Below, in pieces: positions 1 to 9,478 of a DNA stretch of 64,000 nucleotides. A program made the translations under genes and the position numbers. The number at the start of each line of letters is the position of its first letter. Within the stretch, counting starts at the first letter, position 1. The stretch covers positions 256,822 to 320,821 of the forward strand of contig JACQBA010000013.1 in the NCBI GenBank assembly GCA_016194745.1. The letters are read 5' to 3'. The notes under the pieces are model-generated. The model ran no database searches. It saw only the letters and a list, made by a program, of their open reading frames with translations, and was not told the DNA's origin. The stretch is from Elusimicrobiota bacterium. GTDB lineage: Bacteria; Elusimicrobiota; Elusimicrobia; UBA1565; JACRDR01.

Positions 1-266
1 AGGATGTCGATGCGCCCCCATTTCTTCACCACGCTCGACACCCACGAGCGCGCGCCTTCCGCGTCGCGGACGTCGACCGCGTGCGCCGAGACCGGGACCC
101 GCGTCTTGCCCGCGATCTCGCGCGCGGCCGCCTCGGCGCGCTTCAAGCTCCTCGAGCAGAGGGCGACCTTGGCCCCCTCCCGGGACAGCGCGAGCGCCGC
201 CGCCTTGCCGAGCCCTTGGCTCGCCCCCGAGACGAGCGCCACACGGTCCTTGAGGTCCAAGTTCAT
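1..266 (-). CDS. Short-chain dehydrogenase/reductase (SDR), 5' part only; the gene continues beyond the window start
   Basis: Reverse translation from ATG at 266-264 gives MNLDLKDRVALVSGASQGLGKAAALALSREGAKVALCSRS...DVRDAEGARSWVSSVVKKWGRIDIL. This contains the glycine-rich NAD(P)-binding motif and the GRIDIL...NAG-type segment typical of FabG-like SDRs. Not in the ORF track because it runs off the window edge. Confidence 0.8.
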   Translation of the reverse strand, partial: MNLDLKDRVALVSGASQGLGKAAALALSREGAKVALCSRSLKRAEAAAREIAGKTRVPVSAHAVDVRDAEGARSWVSSVVKKWGRIDI

Positions 267-275
267 CGCGTCCTC

Positions 276-1064
276 CTATGCCAAAAGCTTCACTTCGTCG
301 CCGCTCGCCGCCACGCCTTCCTGCACCGTGACGGCGTACACGCCCGCGCAGCCCTCGTGCCTCTGCACCACCGTCTTGAGCACCGCGGGCGTGCTCTTCG
401 CCGTCTCCGGGTCGAGCGTGATGATGACGCAGCGCGTGTCCTTCTTCGCGACGAGCACGATCAGCTCTTGCCCGATCGCGAGCGTGCGCCCGACGAGCTC
501 GTCCTCCGCGAACGGCTCACGGTTCCACTCTATATAGAAGTTCGCCCGGAACTGGCGGTAGTCGATCGAGACGCCCGTCTCGTTCTCGAGGCGCGTCAGG
601 GTCGGGAAGCAGAAGATCGACAGCGGCCGGTCGTCCTGCATGCCCTGCTCCGAAAAGCGCAGCTCGAGCTTGCGCTTGAATCTGGCCTCGAGCGCCGCGA
701 GGAACGCGGGGTCCTCGGCGTCGAAGCGTCCCCCCTCCGGCGTCGTCACCTCGAGCTTGTAGCGGCGCTTCTGCGGGTAGCGCAGGTCCGGCTCCGGCGG
801 CTCGAGGAGGCGCGGCGTGAAGGTGACGAGCTCGGGCGCCTGCCGCGCGCTGAACCACGGGAACTCGGCCGGCTTCGTCGGATCGACGAGGGCGTAGACG
901 CGGTCGCCGGCGACGCCGGAGTACGTGACCAGCGCGCGCGCCAATTCTTCGCCGCGCATGCTCTTGAAGGGATAGCGCCGCAGATTCTTGACCCGGCCGA
1001 TCGTCTCCATCAGACCGCGCGCCTCATGCCAGCCGATCATAAGCAAAATGCGCCCCCCGCGCAA
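276..1064 (-). CDS. MOSC domain-containing protein (MOSC N-terminal beta-barrel plus MOSC domain)
   Basis: 262-aa ORF. Its architecture and conserved segments resemble YcbX/mARC-type MOSC proteins. Confidence 0.75.
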   Translation of the reverse strand: MRGGRILLMIGWHEARGLMETIGRVKNLRRYPFKSMRGEELARALVTYSGVAGDRVYALVDPTKPAEFPWFSARQAPELVTFTPRLLEPPEPDLRYPQKRRYKLEVTTPEGGRFDAEDPAFLAALEARFKRKLELRFSEQGMQDDRPLSIFCFPTLTRLENETGVSIDYRQFRANFYIEWNREPFAEDELVGRTLAIGQELIVLVAKKDTRCVIITLDPETAKSTPAVLKTVVQRHEGCAGVYAVTVQEGVAASGDEVKLLA

Positions 1065-1135
1065 GGGAAGGTGCCCGACGCGGCGCCGCGCTTGACACCC
1101 ATTCGCTGTCCTGGTACCCTGGAAGAATCGCGCTT

Positions 1136-2644
1136 ATGCAGCCCGTCTGCCTCGTCATTCCCCCGTCGGCGTTCCTGCTCGACGAACGCGTGTTCATGCC
1201 GCTGGGCATCCTGCGCGTGGCGGCGTGCCTGGAAAAGGCGGGCGTGCCGGTCGAGCTCCTCGACCTCTCGGGCATCGAGAACCCGCTCGACGTCGTGCGC
1301 GTGCACGCCGCGACGAGCCGGGCCTCCCACTTCGGCCTCACCGCGACGACGCCGCAGATGCCGGCCGCCTTCGAGATTGCCCGCGTGCTGCGCGAGGTGC
1401 GGCCCACGTCGAGGCTCATCCTCGGCGGGCCTCACGTCACCTTGGTCAACGCCGCGGTCAAAGGCGAGAGCGCCCGCAAGGGACCCGGCCGCGCGTCGGC
1501 CGCGCTCGCCAAGCTCAGCGGCGCCTTCGACACGCTCGTCGCCGGCGACGGCGAGGAGGCGGTTCTCGCGGCGATCAAGCCGGGGGCGCCGGCCTTGGTC
1601 GACGCGGACGATCCGAAATCGCCGCTGTTTTTGACCAGCGAGCGGCTCAACGCCCTGCCCTTCCCCGCGCGGCACTTGGTGGATGTGGGCTCCTACCACT
1701 ACTCCATCGACGGAACGCGCGCCCTCTCGATGATCGCCCAGCTCGGCTGCCCGTTCGAGTGCGGCTTCTGCGGAGGCCGCGAGTCGCCGATGCTGCGCCG
1801 CGTGCGCACGCGCACCTCCCACAGCATCGTCTCCGAGATGCTCGAGCTTCACCGCGCCTACGGCGTCAATGGGTTCATGCTCTACGACGACGAGCTCAAC
1901 GTCAACCGCGGCATGGTCGAGCTGATGGACCTGATCGCCAAGACCCAGCGCGAGGCCGGCGCCCAGTGGAACCTGCGCGGCTTCATCAAGGCGCAGCTCT
2001 TCACCGACGAGCAGGCCGAGGCGATGGCGCGCGCGGGGTTCAAGTGGATCCTCACGGGCTTTGAATCCGGCTCGCCCCGCATCCTCCAGAACATCAACAA
2101 GCGCTCGACGCGGGAGGAGAACACCCGCTGCCTCGAGATCGCGCGCCGGCACGGCCTCAAGGTCAAGGCGCTCATGTCGATCGGCCATCCCGGCGAGAGC
2201 GCGGAGACGGTCCGCGAGTCGCGCGAATGGCTGCTGGACGCCAAGCCGGACGATTTCGACGTGACGATCATCACGACCTACCCCGGGACGCCCTACTACG
2301 ACCGCGCCGTGCGCGACGCGAAGAAGCCCGATGTCTGGGTCTACACGTATAAAGGGAACGGAGACCGGCTGTACAGCTACGAGGTGGACTACACGAAGGT
2401 CGCCGACTACTACAAGGGCGACCCGAACGGGGGCTACCGTTCCTACGTCTACACCGACCATCTCTCGGCCGAGGAGCTCGTGGCGGCGCGCGACGGCGTC
2501 GAGCGCGACGTGCGGCGGGCGCTCAAGATCCCGTTCAATCCGAGCGCGGCCGCGCAGCGCTTCGAGCACTCGATGGGCCAGTTGGGGCTTCCTCCCCGCA
2601 TCTTGAGGGTGTCCGGCGGGCCTCGGGAGCAGGCGCGCGCATGA
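1136..2644 (+). CDS. B12-binding-domain radical SAM protein
   Basis: N-terminal cobalamin-binding-like domain followed by a radical SAM core with the CxxxCxxC cluster motif CPFECGFC. 502 aa. Confidence 0.85.
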   Translation: MQPVCLVIPPSAFLLDERVFMPLGILRVAACLEKAGVPVELLDLSGIENPLDVVRVHAATSRASHFGLTATTPQMPAAFEIARVLREVRPTSRLILGGPHVTLVNAAVKGESARKGPGRASAALAKLSGAFDTLVAGDGEEAVLAAIKPGAPALVDADDPKSPLFLTSERLNALPFPARHLVDVGSYHYSIDGTRALSMIAQLGCPFECGFCGGRESPMLRRVRTRTSHSIVSEMLELHRAYGVNGFMLYDDELNVNRGMVELMDLIAKTQREAGAQWNLRGFIKAQLFTDEQAEAMARAGFKWILTGFESGSPRILQNINKRSTREENTRCLEIARRHGLKVKALMSIGHPGESAETVRESREWLLDAKPDDFDVTIITTYPGTPYYDRAVRDAKKPDVWVYTYKGNGDRLYSYEVDYTKVADYYKGDPNGGYRSYVYTDHLSAEELVAARDGVERDVRRALKIPFNPSAAAQRFEHSMGQLGLPPRILRVSGGPREQARA

Positions 2645-3015
2645 GCGGCCGGCTCTTGGCGTCCCTCCTCCTGCTCGCGACGCTCCAATTGGCGGCCGGA
2701 CCGGTCCGCGCGCGGGATCCGCTTGCGCCCCCGGCCGACGACACGACCTTCGAGATCCTGCGCCCGGGCACCTACGTGTGCGACGTGAGCGGGCTGCTGT
2801 GCGAGGCGTGCGCCCGCGTGATCGCCGAGACGGTCTCCAAGGTCAAGGGCGTGCAGAAGGCGACGATGGATTTTCCGAACCACGAGCTCACCTTGATCAT
2901 CGCCGACAACAAGACCGTCCCGACCGCCGCGATCCTCCGCGCGCTACGCAAGGCCGCGGTCCGTGTCAATCTCGGGACCCAGTACCACCTGACCAAGGTG
3001 CGCTACGTCCCCTGA
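2641..3015 (+). CDS. Small exported heavy-metal-associated (HMA)-like domain protein
   Basis: Signal-peptide-like N-terminus (LLASLLLLATLQLAAG). CxxC metal-binding motif (LLCEAC) in an HMA-like beta-alpha-beta-beta context. Start overlaps the stop of the radical SAM gene (ATGA at 2641-2644). Confidence 0.5.
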   Translation: MSGRLLASLLLLATLQLAAGPVRARDPLAPPADDTTFEILRPGTYVCDVSGLLCEACARVIAETVSKVKGVQKATMDFPNHELTLIIADNKTVPTAAILRALRKAAVRVNLGTQYHLTKVRYVP

Positions 3016-3066
3016 CGGCCGCGGGGCGGAGTGCGGGGTAATCGCTCAATTTATTATACTCGCGTC

Positions 3067-4044
3067 ATGAAACGACACGCCTATGCGGGCGCGCTCGCGG
3101 CGCTGCTCTTCACGGGGATCGCGGCGGCCGCTCCCGCCGCACCCGCGACGAAGGAGAAGCCGAAATCCAAGGTCGGCATCCTGATCTGGAACGGGAAGGA
3201 GCCCCGGTTCGGGCTGGTCAAGCAGGCCATCTTGGACCAGCTCAAGCGCGAGGGCTTCGACCCGTCCAACACCACGTTTCTCATCGAGGACGCCGGCGCC
3301 AACAACGCCAAGAACGAGCTGTTCCTGAAAGTCATCTTGGCGGAGAACCCGGACGTGCTCGTGCCGATCGGCACGCCGGCGGCGCTCGCCGCGGCGAAGC
3401 ACGAGAAGAAGAAGCCGATCGTCTTCAGCCTGGTCTACGACCCGATCGAGTCGGGCATCGCCAAATCCTGGGAAAGCTCGGGCAACAACACGACCGGCGC
3501 GAGCACGTACGTATCGATCATCAAGTTCCTGCGGCGCGTCGAGGAGTTCATGCCGCTCAAGCGCATCGCCGTCCTCTACACGCCCGGCCAGAAGAACTCC
3601 GAGCTGCAGCTCGCCGCCGTCAGCGCGATGAAGCAGTTCACGCAATCGGACATCGTCGCGGTGCAGCTTCGCGGCCCCGTGGACGTCCCCGAGCTGGAGA
3701 CGGAGATCGGAAAGGTGAACGCGATCTTTCTGACCGCGGGCAGCACCGTCGGGATGAACATGGCCAAGATCATCGAGATCGCGGTGAAGAACAAGATCCC
3801 CACGCTGACCCACGTGGAGGACTTCGTCAACCGCGGGGCGATGCTGGGCCTCGGCGTCGACTCCGCGACGGTCGGGCGCCTGACCGGGCAAAAAGTCGCT
3901 CAGGTGCTGCGAAAGACCGATCCTTCGACGATCAAGATCGAGTATCCCGCGCCGGAACTCACGTTGAACCTCAAGACCGCCGCGGCGATGAAATACGACG
4001 TCCCTCAGGGCCTCAAGGACTGGGCGAGCAAGACGGTCAAATAG
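3067..4044 (+). CDS. ABC transporter substrate-binding protein (PF04392-like, orphan)
   Basis: Signal peptide MKRHAYAGALAALLFTGIAAAAPA followed by a periplasmic binding-protein-like fold. No cognate permease or ATPase adjacent. Start chosen at the internal Met with a signal peptide (ORF track start 3031). Confidence 0.6.
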   Translation: MKRHAYAGALAALLFTGIAAAAPAAPATKEKPKSKVGILIWNGKEPRFGLVKQAILDQLKREGFDPSNTTFLIEDAGANNAKNELFLKVILAENPDVLVPIGTPAALAAAKHEKKKPIVFSLVYDPIESGIAKSWESSGNNTTGASTYVSIIKFLRRVEEFMPLKRIAVLYTPGQKNSELQLAAVSAMKQFTQSDIVAVQLRGPVDVPELETEIGKVNAIFLTAGSTVGMNMAKIIEIAVKNKIPTLTHVEDFVNRGAMLGLGVDSATVGRLTGQKVAQVLRKTDPSTIKIEYPAPELTLNLKTAAAMKYDVPQGLKDWASKTVK

Positions 4045-4059
4045 CGGACGTTCGTCCGA

Positions 4060-4782
4060 CTACCAGCCCATGTCGTCGTCGACGATGGGGCGCACGATCA
4101 AGTCGTCTCCCTCGAACGACAGCGAGACGCGCGCGTCCGGGAGCGCGGCGATCTTCTCCCTCTTGTCGACGGCCTGGGCCTGCACAAGCACCGCCTGGAT
4201 GCCGAAGCGGGTGTCCTTCATGAACACGAGCGACGGTCGGCCGGCCGATTGGAAGAGTTCGCGCTGATAGGTGACCCGCCAATCCACGCCGATCGAGTCG
4301 AGCGGAACGCCGGTCGCGTAGATCGCCTTCTCGACCTCGCTGACGGAGATCGAGCGGACCACCGAGGCGCCGGCCGCGTCGCGGCTGAAGACGAAGGAGT
4401 AGCTCCGCTGATCGAAGCGGACGTAGAAGGGACCGCCCTTGAGCGGAGCCCGTTTCGCCGCCTTGGAGCGCGCGAGCGCCGAGAGACTCGCGGCGAAGGC
4501 CGGCCGGTGGGCGTTGCCGCCCTGTTTCAGCAGGACGATCTGTCGGTCCTTGTCGCGGCTGTACTGAAGGGAAACGTGGTACTGCTCGCCGCCGAGCTCG
4601 ATGAGGAGAGGCGTCCTTCGGAACTGCTGGAGGATCTTGAACGCGCGGATGCGGAACTCCGCGGGCCGCTGGCCGACGACGCGCGTCAGGGCCGGCACGG
4701 GCAACTCGCTCAGCTCGACGGGCATCGCGGCCTGCGCGCCCGCGGCGAACATCATGGGAACCAACCAGAGTCTACCGTTCAT
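4060..4782 (-). CDS. Hypothetical secreted protein
   Basis: Internal Met MNGRLWLVPMMFAAGAQAA gives a signal peptide. The upstream part of the 343-aa track ORF is low-complexity and probably not coding. Confidence 0.45.
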   Translation of the reverse strand: MNGRLWLVPMMFAAGAQAAMPVELSELPVPALTRVVGQRPAEFRIRAFKILQQFRRTPLLIELGGEQYHVSLQYSRDKDRQIVLLKQGGNAHRPAFAASLSALARSKAAKRAPLKGGPFYVRFDQRSYSFVFSRDAAGASVVRSISVSEVEKAIYATGVPLDSIGVDWRVTYQRELFQSAGRPSLVFMKDTRFGIQAVLVQAQAVDKREKIAALPDARVSLSFEGDDLIVRPIVDDDMGW

Positions 4783-5005
4783 GAACTCCTCCTGCGTCGC
4801 CCTCCGACAGCGCGGAGATGATACCACAGCGTCCGACAGCACGACCCCGACCGAACGGGTCACGTACGATCCGGGGCGAAGGACCCAGATTGGTTCAGCC
4901 CCATTGCAACGCTCCCGGTAGGCCCTTGGTCCGTATTCGAGAACGAGCCGCCCGGAGTATGATACGTGCCTGACGTCGGCATACGACTGAACCAGGAGAC
5001 CTGCC

Positions 5006-5563
5006 ATGAGATCGCCTCTGCCGCTGAGCCTCGCGCTGTCGCTGCTCGCTCCGCTCGCCTTCGCCGACGCCCCGGCCAAAGGCAACTTCAAATGGGAGTC
5101 CTTCGCGGGGAACTACGGCTTCGGCGATTGCCGGAACAGCCCCGGGCCGATCTGGGGAGACGGCTCCAACATGCACTACATCGTGGCCTATCCCTTCACC
5201 GACTATACCGTCAATCCCGCCAAAGTGTCGCTGGTCTTCATGCGCGTCAACCACACGAACAACCCGATCGGACTCGACTGGACGTTCGAGTACGTCAATC
5301 AGGGCCCTCAGGCGCGTCGGCATCCCGAGACCGGCGCCGTGATGACGTCCTTGGAGAGCTACGCGACGACCGACGGCATCTATGGGATGATGAGCTGGGA
5401 CAACCCCGGCAACCAAGGATTCTCCACGCTGCAGCTTTGGATGAACGCCGGCGTCGTGACCTACGAGATGCGCCAGAAGACCGACTCCGACCCCGAAGTC
5501 CGCGTCGAGCGCTGCACGTTGATCAAGATGAAGAAGGACGACTCAGGCCGAGACGCCGACTAG
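5006..5563 (+). CDS. Hypothetical secreted protein
   Basis: Clear signal peptide (MRSPLPLSLALSLLAPLAFADA) and a non-repetitive 185-aa product. No recognisable domain. Confidence 0.55.
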   Translation: MRSPLPLSLALSLLAPLAFADAPAKGNFKWESFAGNYGFGDCRNSPGPIWGDGSNMHYIVAYPFTDYTVNPAKVSLVFMRVNHTNNPIGLDWTFEYVNQGPQARRHPETGAVMTSLESYATTDGIYGMMSWDNPGNQGFSTLQLWMNAGVVTYEMRQKTDSDPEVRVERCTLIKMKKDDSGRDAD

Positions 5564-6598
5564 CTCCGAGAGAAAATCCGCGCCGAAGGCCTGCGACGGC
5601 GCGTAGGCGCCGGGAGCGATCGTCCCCTCCAAGACGCGGCACGCCGCGCGAAGCGCCGCGTCCGCCGTGACGGAATACCCGTTGGGCGTCACCGCCGTCC
5701 TGACGGCGCGACGACCCGATCCGTCGACCGCTTCCGCCCAGATCTCGTAGCGATGCTTCTCGCGCTCCGCCCTCGTCGGGCCGCGCACGGTCCGCTCGAT
5801 GCCGCGCTGGATCAGGCGCTGGACGGCCGGCGTGGCGAGGAGAGGCTTCAAGTACTTGGAGCCTCGGATCAAGGCGACGATGGTCGGCGCGATGCAGATG
5901 TACGTCTCGATATTCGGGATGCCGGTCGAGTAGAACGCGGAGGCGAGGTCGGCCCACGGCGCCATCACCGCCTTGCGCCGCCCGAGAGGGAAGTCGACGA
6001 CCCTCGTCCGGTATGCGGCCGGGACCGACATAAGCCGGCCGTCCTTGCGCACGAGCCCGCCCGCGTGCAGGCCTTCGGTCAGAGTCTTGAACGAGCCCGG
6101 GCTCGGCGGCCCCGCGATGTGGATCGCGAGCGTGAGATGGGTCGCCTCCGGCAACTCGCGTTTGAGCGCGGCGGCGAGGCAGTCCGTCGGGACGACGTCG
6201 AATCCGACGCCCGGGATCGCCACGATGCCCCGCTCGCGGCACGCCTCAGGACGCGAGAGGATCCGCTCGAAGACCCGGATCTCCCCGGCGATGTCGAGGT
6301 AGTGGACGCCCGCTTGGAGGCACGCCTTGAACATCGGGCGGCTCGTCGCGGAGAAAGGCCCCGCGCAGTGGAGCACCGCGCCGACGCCGTCGAGCTGCGG
6401 AAGGATCGTGCCGGGCGCGTCGCACGGGAACACGCGCGTGTCGAAGCCGAGCGCCTGTCCCAGCGCCGCGACCTTCGCCGGGTCCCGTCCGGCAAGAATC
6501 GGCCGCAGCCCGCGGCGCGCCGCCTCTTCGGCGACCAACGTCCCGCTGTAGCCCGTCGCGCCGTAGACGAGCAGACGCCGGGCGGCCGAATCCATCAT
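5543..6598 (-). CDS. Saccharopine dehydrogenase NADP-binding family oxidoreductase
   Basis: N-terminal Rossmann motif LLVYGATGYSGTLVAEEAARRGL and the overall architecture of the saccharopine dehydrogenase-like / trans-acting enoyl reductase family. Confidence 0.8.
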   Translation of the reverse strand: MMDSAARRLLVYGATGYSGTLVAEEAARRGLRPILAGRDPAKVAALGQALGFDTRVFPCDAPGTILPQLDGVGAVLHCAGPFSATSRPMFKACLQAGVHYLDIAGEIRVFERILSRPEACRERGIVAIPGVGFDVVPTDCLAAALKRELPEATHLTLAIHIAGPPSPGSFKTLTEGLHAGGLVRKDGRLMSVPAAYRTRVVDFPLGRRKAVMAPWADLASAFYSTGIPNIETYICIAPTIVALIRGSKYLKPLLATPAVQRLIQRGIERTVRGPTRAEREKHRYEIWAEAVDGSGRRAVRTAVTPNGYSVTADAALRAACRVLEGTIAPGAYAPSQAFGADFLSELVGVSA

Positions 6599-6644
6599 CG
6601 GCCGTATCGTAGCGAATTGCCGCGCTAGGCGTCAGCGCGGATCG

Positions 6645-7058
6645 TCAAAGACGGCGGCCGCACGCCCAGCAGCCCATCGGATTGCGCACGTGCCTGCGGA
6701 ATCCGCAGCCCTGCGCCCAGCTCGCACAGACCGCTTCGCTGGGTCTGCCGCCGAAGGAGTAGCAGCCGGGCATGCTCGGGTCCTCGACGCCGGGGCAATC
6801 GAAGCCGCTGCGCGCGGGGCGCCGACAGTCGATGAGACCGAGCGTGCAGAGCATCGCGTCGGAGGAGAGTCCTCCCGCGAGCGTCACGCGCGCCTCGCGC
6901 TCCTCGGCGACGCGCCTGGCGAACGCGTCGAACGCCGGCTGCGCGGACTGTTCCAGGACGACGGCCGCTTCCGCGAGAGACGGGTGCGCCGACGCCCCGC
7001 TGGCGCCGAGAATCGAGAAAAGAGATGCGGCCAACGCCGATAGGACGATGCGTTTCAT
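6645..7058 (-). CDS. Small secreted cysteine-rich protein
   Basis: Signal peptide MKRIVLSALAASLFSILGASGASA. 10 Cys concentrated in the C-terminal ~70 aa (CTLGLIDC...CPG...GC...C...GCG...GCWACG). Confidence 0.5.
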   Translation of the reverse strand: MKRIVLSALAASLFSILGASGASAHPSLAEAAVVLEQSAQPAFDAFARRVAEEREARVTLAGGLSSDAMLCTLGLIDCRRPARSGFDCPGVEDPSMPGCYSFGGRPSEAVCASWAQGCGFRRHVRNPMGCWACGRRL

Positions 7059-7214
7059 GTTGCCTCCGGTACGCTCCGGACAGGATACAACCGCGTCCGA
7101 GCGACACCAAGAGGCCTTGGCCTCATGGCCGAGTAGTGATTCCGCTCCAGAAATCGTCGCGGCGCCGGAAGCGGGACCGAGGAACTCCCGTTTCCGACGC
7201 CGCGGCGCGGGTCT

Positions 7215-8336
7215 CTAGTCCCGCGAGGACGGCGCCGGCTCCGTCTCGCCCGGAGCGGAGCCCGGAGGCGGCGGGATCGACTCCGGCTGCGGCGGCGCGG
7301 CCGAGGGCGTTACCTCGGCGGCCGCGGGCGAAGCGGGCGCGTCCAGAGGGTTGCCGTCCGCGTCGAAGACCGCGAACGTGCCGTCCTTGAACTCGGCGAG
7401 GATCTGCAGCGGTTTGCCCGACGCGCCGCCGCCCGTGAACCGCGCCTTCTCGATGTCGCGCCCGATGAACTTGAGCAGCACGGGCTGCGCGCCCGAGCTG
7501 TCGTAGAGGAACGCGTCGCCGAAGGAGCCCGCGATCTGGATCGACCGGCGCCCGTCCGGGCTCTTCCACCCCCCGGACGCGGCGGCCTTGGGCGCTTCGA
7601 CCGGAGGCGCTTGGACTTCCGGATGCTTCACCGTCACGACGCCGCCGTCGTAAGGGTAGTAGCTGTTGTCGACGTAGACATAGACGACGCCCGCGGGACC
7701 CGGCCACCACCAGCGGCCCCCCCACCAGTAGACCCATCGGGAGAAGCGGACGTCCCACCACCACCAATAGCCGGAATGATAGCGCGTCCAATAGAACCGC
7801 GGGCCGTGGTAGAACCCGTACCAATGCACGCGATGGCGGTCGTAGTAGTGCGCGTAGCGCACGCCGTGGTCATGATGCCAATAGTACCGGCCTGGCGCGA
7901 CCTCGATCCGCTGCTGGACGGCGATGTTCGACACGACGGCCTTGTTGTTGATCACGACCGAGTGGTGCGAGGGCGGATGGACGGCCTCATGCTGCCGGAT
8001 GCGCGCGCCGGCGTTATCCGTCCGCGGCGACGGGACGCGGCGATGATCGCGCACGACTTGCGCCGGGTCCGAGATCACCTTGGGCTGCGGGACGCGGACG
8101 CGGCGCATCTTCATCACGACGGGCGCCTCCGCGCTCCTCCGGCGTTCCGGCTCGGCGAAGCGCTGCCCCGGCGCGGCGCCGACGGCCGCGCCGGAGGCCG
8201 CTTGGACAGGGGCCCGGCTCCCGTGCCCGCGCCTCCAGCCTCCGCCTCCCTCCTTTTCCTTCGCGAACGCGGGCGACGCCGCAGCCATCAGCGGAGCAGC
8301 CGCCACGAGCGCCGCTCTCAGAAATCGATGGAACAT
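7215..8336 (-). CDS. Secreted protein with an extreme Trp/Tyr/His/Arg-rich core and Pro-rich C-terminus
   Basis: Signal peptide MFHRFLRAALVAAAPLMAAASPAFA. Central segment GRYYWHHDHGVRYAHYYDRHRVHWYGFYHGPRFYWTRYHSGYWWWWDVRFSRWVYWWGGRWWWPGPAG. Start chosen at the Met giving a signal peptide (track ORF extends to 8381). Confidence 0.6.
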   Translation of the reverse strand: MFHRFLRAALVAAAPLMAAASPAFAKEKEGGGGWRRGHGSRAPVQAASGAAVGAAPGQRFAEPERRRSAEAPVVMKMRRVRVPQPKVISDPAQVVRDHRRVPSPRTDNAGARIRQHEAVHPPSHHSVVINNKAVVSNIAVQQRIEVAPGRYYWHHDHGVRYAHYYDRHRVHWYGFYHGPRFYWTRYHSGYWWWWDVRFSRWVYWWGGRWWWPGPAGVVYVYVDNSYYPYDGGVVTVKHPEVQAPPVEAPKAAASGGWKSPDGRRSIQIAGSFGDAFLYDSSGAQPVLLKFIGRDIEKARFTGGGASGKPLQILAEFKDGTFAVFDADGNPLDAPASPAAAEVTPSAAPPQPESIPPPPGSAPGETEPAPSSRD

Positions 8337-8521
8337 TAGTACTCCTCCTCGGGGCGAGCCGTGGTGGCCTATCGCTCCCACTATTAAGACGCGCGGGACG
8401 GAATTCGGTTTAGCCCCGGCCGCCTGCCTTCATGCAACAGCGTTTGGGCATTTCACTCCACGCATTCTTAGTGCCTTCGACTCAGGTTGTTCGCGCGGCG
8501 ACGACGCTATCCTTCCTATAT

Positions 8522-9478
8522 ATGGCTCCCCGCGCCGCCCTAGCGCTCGTCGCCTCGCTCTGCCTCGCGTCGAACCAGGCGTCGGCGTCGGACGAGCCTG
8601 GCCGGCGTGAGGCTTCCGCGGCCGCGGAGCCCAAGTCTCCGCTCGAGAAAAAGCGCGGCGAGACGCTGGCGAAGCTCGACGAGAGCCGATGGCTGCTCGC
8701 GCGCCAGCGGGAGCAGAAGGTCGGGCGCGCCTACGCCGACATCGCGGTCTCCATCATGGAGGCCAAGGACGAGGCGGCTCTCGACGGGATGGGGCCCATG
8801 CTCGACTGGTTCCACCGGCGCGCCATCGTCGGCGCGGGCATGAGCGGCTTGCCGCCGCGCGAGATCGAGCGGGTCAAGGCTAGCCAAGCCGCCGCCATCG
8901 AGGAGATGGAGAGGCGCAAGATCGGCGGCCAGGCGAGCTGGCCGCGCGACACGGCGCTGCGCCCCCCGGTCGATCCCAAGGATTTCTACGGCGTCACCTC
9001 GCCCTTCGACCCCAAGCGCAAGCACCCGCTGTCCAAGATCGAGACGCCCCACCTCGGACTGGACGGGCGCGCGCAGAGGCCCGTGCCGATCCGCGCCTCC
9101 GCCGACGGCTGGATCATCTTCACCGGCATGGACCCTCTCGACCCGAAGCACGGCAACCGCGTGATCGTCCGCTATGACAACGGGATGTTCGGCTCCGTGT
9201 CGCACTTGAGCCGATTTCCCGCCTACATCGGCAGCGTCGTCTCCTCACAAAAGTCGGTGGGCACGAAGTTCGGACAACTCCCCGCGCCGGTGCGGGTGCG
9301 CGAGGGGCAGATCATCGGCTACTCCGGCGCGACGGGCGGCGTCAACGGACCGCACTGGCACGCCGAAGTCGGCACAAGCCCGCGCGGCGGCCGGTTCGAC
9401 CCGGAAGGGGCCTACCCGAGCCTTCCCCCCCTGCGGCCCCACAGCGGCTCGCTCACCGCGAGCGAGAAGATCCCCTAA
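8522..9478 (+). CDS. M23 family metallopeptidase (LytM-like)
   Basis: Signal peptide MAPRAALALVASLCLASNQASA. M23 catalytic motifs HLGLD ... HWH (GPHWHAEV) in the C-terminal half. Confidence 0.8.
   Translation: MAPRAALALVASLCLASNQASASDEPGRREASAAAEPKSPLEKKRGETLAKLDESRWLLARQREQKVGRAYADIAVSIMEAKDEAALDGMGPMLDWFHRRAIVGAGMSGLPPREIERVKASQAAAIEEMERRKIGGQASWPRDTALRPPVDPKDFYGVTSPFDPKRKHPLSKIETPHLGLDGRAQRPVPIRASADGWIIFTGMDPLDPKHGNRVIVRYDNGMFGSVSHLSRFPAYIGSVVSSQKSVGTKFGQLPAPVRVREGQIIGYSGATGGVNGPHWHAEVGTSPRGGRFDPEGAYPSLPPLRPHSGSLTASEKIP

Noticed and set aside
1064-1136. Cobalamin riboswitch upstream of the B12-binding radical SAM gene
   Set aside because: The intergenic region is only ~70 nt and lacks B12-box-like conserved elements.
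81-1634. 517-aa Arg/Ala-rich ORF on the + strand
   Set aside because: It lies antisense to the clear SDR and MOSC genes. The low-complexity Arg/Ala/Leu composition is typical of a spurious ORF in high-GC DNA.
1037-2569. 510-aa ORF on the minus strand
   Set aside because: It lies antisense to the B12-binding radical SAM gene, which has unmistakable motifs. The product is low-complexity.
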